From: Rubripirellula sp. | GTDB lineage: Bacteria > Planctomycetota > Planctomycetia > Pirellulales > Pirellulaceae | NCBI GenBank assembly: GCA_965216875.1 | Contig: OZ244207.1 | Span: 1,792,001-1,856,000, forward strand | Direction of reading: 5' to 3' | DNA: 64,000 bases | In this document: positions 56,382 to 64,000 of the stretch, piece after piece | How positions within the stretch are numbered: the first letter of the stretch is position 1 | Layout of the letters: each line of letters starts with the position of its first letter | Position numbers and translations under genes: made by a program | The notes under the pieces: generated by a model | Database searches by the model: none | Told to the model about the DNA's origin: nothing | Seen by the model: the letters and a program-made list of their open reading frames with translations, nothing else

Positions 56382-59093
56382 CTAGCCGGTCGTTCGAAGT
56401 CCGGCAGCGATGCCCTGGATGGACAGACGCGCGAGGTCGATCAAGTCGGATTCGGGGTCGTCGCTTCGGAGCCGTCCGAGTAAGTGGATTTGGCAAAGGT
56501 TGAGTGGATCGACGTAAGGATTTCGTTCGGCGACGGAGGCACGCAACCAATTGATGTCGGCGAGCAACTCACGGGCTTCCTTGATCATCAGGATGGCTCC
56601 GCGGCTACGATCAAATTCTTCGCTGATCATCTTCCAAACTTCCATGCTCGATTCTTCGCTGACCAGCGTCGCGTAGGACCGAGCGATTTGCATGTCGGCT
56701 TTCGCCAAAGCCAGTTCCGCGTTGTCGATCATGGCGGTGAACATCGGCCAGCTCGCGTACATCGCACGGAGGACTTCCCAATTGGAATCGTTCTGGTCGA
56801 CGTAATCTCGCACTGCAGTGCCGAGACCAAACCAAGCGGGCAGCAGGTGACGCGACTGAGTCCACGCAAACGTCCAAGGGATTGCTCTCAGTTCGCTCAG
56901 AGCTCGGCGTTGTCCGCGCCGTGCTGGACGCGAGCCAATTGGCAGTGTTTCGATCTCGCTAATCGGTGTCGCGCGGTCAAAGTAATGAAGGAAGCCCTCG
57001 TGTTCGACCAAGCGGCGATAATGTCCGAATGATTGCTTTGAGAGCTGGTCCATCGCTTCGTCCCAGGTTGGGGCGTGCGAATCGTCACTCGCTTCGCTCA
57101 CAATCAACGTTGCGTTGATGATCTGTTCCAAATGGCGATGAGCGATCAATGGGTCGTCATACCGTTCCGACAGGACTTCGCCTTGCTCGGTGACGCGGAG
57201 TCGGCCGTCAACCGCCTTGTGTGGCAGCGACCGAATTGCGCGAGCTGCTGGTCCGCCGCCGCGACCCAGCGAACCGCCACGGCCATGAAAGACGGTGAGT
57301 CGAACATGATGTTGCTGGGCGACGTCGGCCAACTTGACTTGCGCTTGATGCAATTCCCAGCAAGCCGATAGGTAGCCGCCGTCTTTGGTGCTGTCGGAAT
57401 AACCGACCATCACCATCTGTTCCAAGCTGCTGTTGGCCGCAAGGTAATCTTGATAGGTCGGGTTTGCCAACAATGAATTCAGAATTGAGCTCGCACTGCG
57501 AAGGTCATCGATCGTTTCAAAGAGCGGAACGATCGGGATGAGCGGTGGTTTGGATTCGTCATTGGAATCGTTCGCGTTTTGCGCCCATGCTGTCTTCCAA
57601 AGCCACAGGACCGTCATCACGTCGATCGCGGAATGCGTCATGCTGATGATGTAACCGCCGACCGGAGCGCTGCCCCATGTCTTATGCTCTTCGGCAAGCA
57701 GCAAGAAGGTTTCATAGACTTCGCGGGAGGCGTCGGTCAACTTTGTGACGTCGATCGAACCGGGACGCTCGTTGCGGTTGAGTAGCGCCTCGAGGTCGCT
57801 GCCGTCGGTTTCGACACCTTGAAGCGCGAGCACTTCCAGCAGACATGTGCGGTGTGCTTCGGAGTTTTGTCGAATGTCGAGACAAGCGAAGTGGAATCCA
57901 AAGGTGTTGACCAAATCGATCCACGGTTGCAAATACTGGGCGTCGATCCGTTTTCCACGATTCTCTTGAACGCTGCGTTGCAACAGTTGCAGGTCGCCTT
58001 GAAATTCGTCGATGGAATCAAAGGCACCGTCGAGCTGCGTTGGGGTCTCAATGGACCCAAGGGTTCGCTCAAGGCGAAACTCGAGCGTTCTAATGAATCG
58101 ACGATAAGTTTCGGAGTGTGAAACCGGTGCCAGACGTTGTTCGAGTTCCGGCCAACGCTTGCAGAGGTCTTCAAGACGTTCTTTGATTTGCGGATCCGAC
58201 GGAACCTGTTGGTCCGAAACCACCATCTGGTTGTGTAGCATTCGGCATTCAGACAGGTGACCTTCGATTGCCGCACGCCGTAGACGCGCAAAGGTCTTTT
58301 TTGTGATTTCGGCAGTCACGAACGGATGCCCATCTCGGTCGCCACCGATCCAAGTTCCAAACGAAAGGAATGGCGGGATCTCGAAATGATGTTGCGGGTA
58401 GGCTCGCTGCAATGCCTCGCGCATTTCGCCGTAGACCTGAGGGACAACATCCCAAAGTGTCGCCGCGAAATAGACCCCTCGGCTCACCTCGCTCATCACA
58501 GGAGGTCGGTCAGGGCGAACCAAGTCGCTTTGCCAGAGCACGGTCAAACTTGCAAGCAGTTCGTTCTCTGCCTGGCGCTTGCCGTTGCTGATGTCGGCAA
58601 GCAACTGACGAATGCGGCGAAGCAGCTGCCGCGTTGTTCGGCGTTTCGCTTCGGACGGGTGGGCGGTAAAGACCGGTTCAATGACAAAGCGATCGAGGCG
58701 ACGTTGCATTTCCGATGCGGTCAAACCCTGTGATTGCAGCTCGGCGACGGCGGCTGCGATCGATTCACCTTTGGGGATTCCGTCGGCGATCGCTTGTTCG
58801 TGACGCCCGCGCAGGACGGCCACGCGGCGGCGCTCTTCCACAACGTTGGCCAGATCAAAAAACAGACTCAACCAGCGAATCACCGCCCGCATTTCCGCCG
58901 GCGTCAAACGCGTTAGTTCGTCCATCAACCGATCTTCAGCCTCAGGCAGTCCGGCGCGGCGTTCGATCGCCAAACGGCGAATGCGCTGCATGGTATCGGC
59001 GAGCGATTCGCCAACCTGTTCGCGGACCACAACGTCAAGCCGTTCGATGAGTCGATCCAAGCTCGTTTCGGATGGAAGGGTGTTGGAGGCCAA
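56382..59093 (-). CDS. ppc: Phosphoenolpyruvate carboxylase
   Basis: VFTAHPSE, WIGGDRDG, MVGYSDSTKDGG, FHGRGGSLGRGG, LRAIPW, GLRTTG. Confidence 0.97.
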   Translation of the reverse strand: MASNTLPSETSLDRLIERLDVVVREQVGESLADTMQRIRRLAIERRAGLPEAEDRLMDELTRLTPAEMRAVIRWLSLFFDLANVVEERRRVAVLRGRHEQAIADGIPKGESIAAAVAELQSQGLTASEMQRRLDRFVIEPVFTAHPSEAKRRTTRQLLRRIRQLLADISNGKRQAENELLASLTVLWQSDLVRPDRPPVMSEVSRGVYFAATLWDVVPQVYGEMREALQRAYPQHHFEIPPFLSFGTWIGGDRDGHPFVTAEITKKTFARLRRAAIEGHLSECRMLHNQMVVSDQQVPSDPQIKERLEDLCKRWPELEQRLAPVSHSETYRRFIRTLEFRLERTLGSIETPTQLDGAFDSIDEFQGDLQLLQRSVQENRGKRIDAQYLQPWIDLVNTFGFHFACLDIRQNSEAHRTCLLEVLALQGVETDGSDLEALLNRNERPGSIDVTKLTDASREVYETFLLLAEEHKTWGSAPVGGYIISMTHSAIDVMTVLWLWKTAWAQNANDSNDESKPPLIPIVPLFETIDDLRSASSILNSLLANPTYQDYLAANSSLEQMVMVGYSDSTKDGGYLSACWELHQAQVKLADVAQQHHVRLTVFHGRGGSLGRGGGPAARAIRSLPHKAVDGRLRVTEQGEVLSERYDDPLIAHRHLEQIINATLIVSEASDDSHAPTWDEAMDQLSKQSFGHYRRLVEHEGFLHYFDRATPISEIETLPIGSRPARRGQRRALSELRAIPWTFAWTQSRHLLPAWFGLGTAVRDYVDQNDSNWEVLRAMYASWPMFTAMIDNAELALAKADMQIARSYATLVSEESSMEVWKMISEEFDRSRGAILMIKEARELLADINWLRASVAERNPYVDPLNLCQIHLLGRLRSDDPESDLIDLARLSIQGIAAGLRTTG

Positions 59094-59148
59094 GCGTGTG
59101 TACCTTTCGAATTTGCTTCGTGCTTGAGAATGCGCGCTGGTGACGCGA

Positions 59149-59481
59149 CTATTTGGGTTCCGCGATCAATTTCAGGAGATCGCCGATGTTGCGGTGCGAC
59201 TCGATAGGGTGACGCAGCGCAACCTTTTTGTGAATGCGGTAGCGATTTTGCCTACCGACACGCTCGCGTTCGATAAAGCCTTCCTCTTCCAGGTCCTGTA
59301 CGATCCGCTGGACAGCTCGCTCGGTAATGCCCACTTCGACGGCGACCTCACGCAAAACCCTGTCTGGGTGAGCATGCAACACGGCCAGAACGTGCGTGTG
59401 GTTGGTCATGAACGTCCAGCCATTTGCGGGCTTCACATTCGCTTCATCAACGGAACTTCGCTTGCGAGCTTGTTTCGTCAT
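59149..59481 (-). CDS. Small winged-helix transcriptional regulator
   Basis: [11 protein letters not shown]...[14 protein letters not shown]...GRQNRY. Confidence 0.88.
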   Translation of the reverse strand: MTKQARKRSSVDEANVKPANGWTFMTNHTHVLAVLHAHPDRVLREVAVEVGITERAVQRIVQDLEEEGFIERERVGRQNRYRIHKKVALRHPIESHRNIGDLLKLIAEPK

Positions 59482-59609
59482 GGTTCGATTTGCCTGGAAA
59501 TGTGTCGGAAAAGGGGTCTCTTTTTGCGTGAAACGGGCCGGCTGCTTGACCTTTTGCGAAAGTGTAGCACTTTTGGTTAAATTTGCGACCCCGAAAACGC
59601 GAAAAAGAA

Positions 59610-59638
59610 TTGACGAAAACAATGTCGTGTAATATTGT
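59610..59638 (+). promoter_or_regulatory. Candidate promoter of the ABC-HlyD-TolC operon
   Basis: TTGACG-N17-TATTGT; ACGA-N8-TCGT inverted repeat overlaps the spacer. Confidence 0.45.
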
Positions 59639-59707
59639 TCGTGTGACGCCACGGTCTGCTTGAACGGAATTGGCAGCTTTTGTCGATGTTTTCAATGGAG
59701 AGATTCG

Positions 59708-61846
59708 ATGGAACCGAACGCGCCTGACGGAAATTCACGCCCTAGTGACTCTGCCATTCTCGGCTTGCTTACCCGAGTGGGGATGGCGCTTGGTGTTGTG
59801 GTGGAACCAAGTGACGTCGTGCGCGGCGCGGAAGAGCGCGTCGATGAACAGGATTCGCTCGCTTGGTTTTTCGCTAGCGCCGAGCACGCTGGGATCTTCG
59901 TCAAAGAGGTTGCGTTTTCGGGCGTTGCCGATGCCTACGCCTTTTTGGATGACGGGTATCCGCTGATCGTGGCGCACCGAAGTGGCGACTTCACGATTGT
60001 CGAACCGACTTCGGGGGCGACTTTTGAGCTCACAACGCTAAGTGACGGACTCACGCAAAAGACGGTGCGGGCACGTGGGCTCGGGAACTTGCTCACCGAG
60101 GAGGGGGCACGTGTCTTGGTTGCCAAGCGCGAGCTGGAATGTGAGACGATCGCGTCAGCACTGAACGCGGGTGGCGCTGGCCACGGCGGTCACGAGCATC
60201 TGCCTCCGCTCAAGCGGTTCATTGCACTCCTCGATCTCGATCGCCGCGACATCCTGACCGTCGGTTTGTTTGCGTTTGTCTCCGGTGTGTTGACCTTGGC
60301 GACGCCGCTGGCGGTTGAGGCTCTGGTCAACGTGGTCAGCTGGGGGATCTACCTTCAACCCATCATCGTGCTTGGCGGGATGCTGCTTGCTTGTTTGGCG
60401 ATTGCTGGATTCTTGCGGCTGCTGCAAACGGTTGTGGTTGAATTGGTTCAAAGGCGTCAGTTCGTCCGCATTGTCAGCGACCTTGCGCACCGTTTCCCGA
60501 GAGCGAGCCGACACGGATTGGAAGGTCACTATCCGCGCGAGCTTGCCAACCGCGTCTTCGACATCATGACGATTCAGAAAGCAACCGCCGTGCTGTTGCT
60601 GGACGGTGTTTCGATTGTATTGACGACGGCGATCGGTTTGGTGCTGCTGGCCTTTTATCACCCTTTCCTGTTGGGCTTCGATTTGGTCCTGGTCCTCGCG
60701 ATGATCTCAGTGACCTGGATGCTCGGTCGCGGCGGGATTTCGACAGCAATCGAGGAGTCCATCACGAAATATCGGGTCGCCCATTGGCTGCAGGATGTGC
60801 TCTCGTTTCCGAGTGCGTTCAAGACCGGTGGCGGCGAAGGCTTGGCGATTCAGCGGGCGAATCAACTCACGGCACAGTACCTGCAAGCGCGACGTCGACA
60901 GTTTCGCGTGATCGTACGCCAGGTCGCCTTTGCCATCACCTTGCAGGTGGTCGCATCGACTGTCCTGCTCGCGCTCGGCGGGTGGTTGGTGATCGAGGGG
61001 CAGTTGACCTTGGGCCAATTGGTTGCGAGCGAATTGGTGGTGACGGTGGTTGTGGGAGCGTTCGCGAAGGCCGGCAAGTCTTTGGAAAAGTTTTACGACT
61101 TGATGGCGGGCATCGATAAGGTCGGACATCTCATCGACCTCGTTGTCGATCCACGTCATCGCATCGGCGAACTTGAAGACGCCCCGGTGAATCTGCGGTG
61201 GACGCAACTTGAGTTTTCGAGCAACGTGACCGGTGAAACGGTTGAGCCAAATGAGGTGGAACCAGGCAGCAAGGTGTTGATCACCGGGAGCGATTTAGCC
61301 GGACGCGATGCTCTGACCGAGTCGATTGCCGGTCTGCGAACGCCCGACCGAGGTGTCGTGCAGGTTGGCGAAGTTGACAGCTTGCATGCTGCGACGACCT
61401 ATGGGGGAGCGCTGATTGGATTTGCCGGCACAAACGATGTGTTCCATGCGTCGGTGCGCGAGAACATTGACCTCGGTCGAGCCGGAATTGGATCGGCGAA
61501 GGTTCGCGAAACACTGGCCCGCGTTGGTTTGACCGACACACTGTTGAAGCTGCCCAACGGGTTGGAGGCAAAGCTGCAAACCGGTGGCCATCCGTTGGCC
61601 GAGCATGAAGTGGCACGTCTGATGATTGCGCGTGCGATCATCGGGAATCCCAAGCTATTGGTGATCGATCGCACGCTTGATCGTGTGTCTGATCGTGACC
61701 GCCAACAGATCATTGAGTTATTGACCAACGACGCGGCCCCCTGGACGCTCATTGTGTCGACCGATCGTGATGACCTTGGGAATGAGTTTGACCGAGTCAT
61801 CGAACTGGGACCGAGCCCCGCGATGCCCGAAGGAGCCAAGGCATGA
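59708..61846 (+). CDS. T1SS-type ABC transporter (TMD plus degenerate NBD)
   Basis: GQLTLGQLVASE in the TMD; Walker motifs altered. Confidence 0.85.
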   Translation: MEPNAPDGNSRPSDSAILGLLTRVGMALGVVVEPSDVVRGAEERVDEQDSLAWFFASAEHAGIFVKEVAFSGVADAYAFLDDGYPLIVAHRSGDFTIVEPTSGATFELTTLSDGLTQKTVRARGLGNLLTEEGARVLVAKRELECETIASALNAGGAGHGGHEHLPPLKRFIALLDLDRRDILTVGLFAFVSGVLTLATPLAVEALVNVVSWGIYLQPIIVLGGMLLACLAIAGFLRLLQTVVVELVQRRQFVRIVSDLAHRFPRASRHGLEGHYPRELANRVFDIMTIQKATAVLLLDGVSIVLTTAIGLVLLAFYHPFLLGFDLVLVLAMISVTWMLGRGGISTAIEESITKYRVAHWLQDVLSFPSAFKTGGGEGLAIQRANQLTAQYLQARRRQFRVIVRQVAFAITLQVVASTVLLALGGWLVIEGQLTLGQLVASELVVTVVVGAFAKAGKSLEKFYDLMAGIDKVGHLIDLVVDPRHRIGELEDAPVNLRWTQLEFSSNVTGETVEPNEVEPGSKVLITGSDLAGRDALTESIAGLRTPDRGVVQVGEVDSLHAATTYGGALIGFAGTNDVFHASVRENIDLGRAGIGSAKVRETLARVGLTDTLLKLPNGLEAKLQTGGHPLAEHEVARLMIARAIIGNPKLLVIDRTLDRVSDRDRQQIIELLTNDAAPWTLIVSTDRDDLGNEFDRVIELGPSPAMPEGAKA

Positions 61847-63183
61847 TTGAGGATCTTCGAACTGCTGATGAGTTTCCGGCTTTGCAAATGGTGCGAACCG
61901 GCCGTTTCATCAAACAATGTGGCCGCTTGACCTTTGTTGGGCTTGTCTTGACGATCGTTGCGATGGCCTTTGTCCCTTGGCGCCAAACCGCACCCGGCGT
62001 GGGAATGGTGGTTGCACTTGACCCTCAAGAACGCCCTCAACCGGTTCGCAGTCCGTCCAAAGGGGTGATCAGCCACGTCAAGGCAGGGTTGCGCGAAGGT
62101 TCGTTTGTGGCCAAAGGAGAGTTGGTACTGCGTTTGACCCCCTTTGCATCCCAGGGTGTTTCCCAACTGGACACTCAGATTGTTGCGATGGAGTCCAAAG
62201 AGGCAGCGGCGATGTCAAGCCTTGAGGTTGCCAAGCAAGCGGCCACGTTGCAGAAGAGTAGCGGCGAGAACCTTGCCGAGGCACTCAAGCAGGAATTCGA
62301 GGTTGCTCGTGAAAAATGGGAGCAGTCAAAGAACGAAGTGACTTCGCTTGAGGCAGCTCTTGACGACAAACGCAATCAACTTCGAATCGCTGAAGAGGTC
62401 GCCGAACGTGGGCTGGTGTCGAAGGAAGAGCTCTATTCGAAACGCCAAGCCGTTGAGTCGGCCAAGGCGTACGTGCTGAAAGCAGAAAACGCGGTCCAGG
62501 AAGTTTACGCTGCGTTGCTTGCCAAAGAAGATGAGATTGAATCGAAGCGACAGGAGATCGACATCAAGAACCGCAATGCGAACCAGAAGGTTCTTGAGGT
62601 CATGCAGAAGATCAATACGATCGAAAAAGAGATCCTTGATCTTCGCAACAAACGCAACGAGTTGGACCGGCTAGAAATTCACGCACCGCGTGCTGGACGG
62701 ATTCAGCAATGGTTCGGGCTCGAAGGCAGCGATACGGTCAAAGAGGGTGATCAGTTGTTTGTGATCGTTCCTGAAACGGACGAATTGGCGGTCGAAATGA
62801 AGATTAGCGGTAACGACATGCCGTTGGTCAAAGAGGGGGACCGCGTGCGTTTGCAATTTGAAGGTTGGCCGGCCGTTCAGTTTGTTGGCTGGCCTTCCGT
62901 CGCCGTCGGGACGTTTGGCGGAAAGGTCAACCGAGTCTTTCCTACCGACGACGGACGCGGCAACTTTCGGGTGGTTGTTACGCCTGACAACCATTTCGCG
63001 CGCGAGGATGGTTGGCCAGATCAGCAGTTTTTGCGACAGGGAGTCCGAGCCAACGGTTGGGTCCTGCTTCGGCGGGTGCCGCTCGGAAAAGAGATTTGGC
63101 GTCAGCTCAACGGGTTTCCCCCGTCCGTTTCACAGAGCGAGCCGAAGGAGAAGGCGCCCAAGGTGAACCTTCCCAAGAGCTAG
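61843..63183 (+). CDS. HlyD-family membrane fusion protein
   Basis: N-terminal TM, coiled coil, VRLQFEGWPAVQF. Confidence 0.9.
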   Translation: MIEDLRTADEFPALQMVRTGRFIKQCGRLTFVGLVLTIVAMAFVPWRQTAPGVGMVVALDPQERPQPVRSPSKGVISHVKAGLREGSFVAKGELVLRLTPFASQGVSQLDTQIVAMESKEAAAMSSLEVAKQAATLQKSSGENLAEALKQEFEVAREKWEQSKNEVTSLEAALDDKRNQLRIAEEVAERGLVSKEELYSKRQAVESAKAYVLKAENAVQEVYAALLAKEDEIESKRQEIDIKNRNANQKVLEVMQKINTIEKEILDLRNKRNELDRLEIHAPRAGRIQQWFGLEGSDTVKEGDQLFVIVPETDELAVEMKISGNDMPLVKEGDRVRLQFEGWPAVQFVGWPSVAVGTFGGKVNRVFPTDDGRGNFRVVVTPDNHFAREDGWPDQQFLRQGVRANGWVLLRRVPLGKEIWRQLNGFPPSVSQSEPKEKAPKVNLPKS

Positions 63184-63238
63184 GATTGGCGGTTGCAATT
63201 GCGATTCCGCTAGGCTTCGAAACTGCGTGTTTTAAAAC

Positions 63239-63343
63239 TCTCCCTTGGGAGAGTCGGGCTCTAAGGCCCGGAGAGGGTTTGTATAGCTGGGATGATTCCC
63301 TCCCCGGACTTTGCGTCCGACCCTCCCGCAAGCGGTAGGGTGA
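63239..63343. repeat. REP-like palindromic intergenic element
   Basis: ctcccttgggagag...ggagaggg / ccctcccc...gggtga. Confidence 0.5.
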
Positions 63344-63551
63344 TTGTTGGAGCACGCGTTAACCTGGGCAAGCACTTTACCTCATGGCACCGTAGCTCCG
63401 ATCCGCGGCACTCGTGGGCGGTGCGTGCAAGCACACACCCTACGTTCGCTATGGTTTCTCAGCTCACTGATTGTGATTTGGGCGGCAATCTTCATGGATT
63501 TTGTTGCCTTGGTTGGTCGATCCTAGCAGAGTGCGCCGTGACCTTTTAAGG

Positions 63552-64000
63552 ATGACCCTAGCCACGGAATCGGCTGTGATTTCAACTTCCAACGCCCTCT
63601 GCCGGGCGATCATCTGCCTTGCCGCCATCGGTCTGGTTTCGACCGTCCGGCCGCGGGGCTGTGTTGCGCAGACGGCAGAGCTGCCCGCACCCATGCCTGA
63701 GCCAATGCGGGCCGACGAGGGATTGATCGAGGCGCCAGCCGAACCGATCGTTCCGCCGGCGCCGCAGCAGGATACGTTGACGGTTTCGGACGTGGTCGCC
63801 AGCGTCTACCGTTCGTTTCCCGAGATCAATCAAGCTCGGCAAGAGTTCCTGAGGGCCAACGGGCAATTGTTGTCGGCCCACGGCGCGTATGACACGAAAC
63901 TGAAAGCAGGCACACTGTCGGAGCCAACTGGGTTCTATCGCAATTACCGACACGGCATCGGTGCGGCTCGCCAAACATGGTGGGGTGGCAATATCAGCGC
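63552..64000 (+). CDS. TolC-family outer membrane protein, partial
   Basis: LTVSDVVASVYRSFPEI...LSAHGAYDTKL; open at the right edge; follows HlyD. Confidence 0.8.
   Translation, partial: MTLATESAVISTSNALCRAIICLAAIGLVSTVRPRGCVAQTAELPAPMPEPMRADEGLIEAPAEPIVPPAPQQDTLTVSDVVASVYRSFPEINQARQEFLRANGQLLSAHGAYDTKLKAGTLSEPTGFYRNYRHGIGAARQTWWGGNIS

Overview
Bacterial chromosomal window, most likely a planctomycete (Pirellulaceae-like; inferred from NPYQ and RF(S/T)LR N-terminal motifs, PQQ beta-propellers and the REP-like repeats). Left 24.5 kb: a complete chromosomal integron. It has a long intI on + (about 23045-24538), an attI crossover at about 22724/22725, a candidate Pc promoter, and a minus-strand array of about 38 cassettes marked by 36 roughly full-length attC sites (about 90 bp; one shortened to 78 bp) plus 2 half sites. 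The attC core sites never match GTTRRRY. The 28 cassettes nearest attI have perfectly complementary ends, while the distal part is decaying. The array holds several toxin-immunity-like genes, a three-member paralog family, one exactly duplicated cassette and one gene-less cassette. Right 39 kb is mostly ordinary backbone: TCS plus CtpA, AI-2E, hydrolases, IclR, MoxR-DUF58-transglutaminase-cmk, AraC/GyrI, ppc and a T1SS-like operon, with several REP/BIME-like clusters. Standouts there are a structured 5' leader in front of a giant DUF4132-WGR gene (divergent from a TM-type RNase Z-like gene), an Fe-ADH homolog lacking most metal ligands, and an ABC exporter with a degenerate ATPase. All family calls are by-eye motif recognition and all coordinates are hand-counted; no searches were run.
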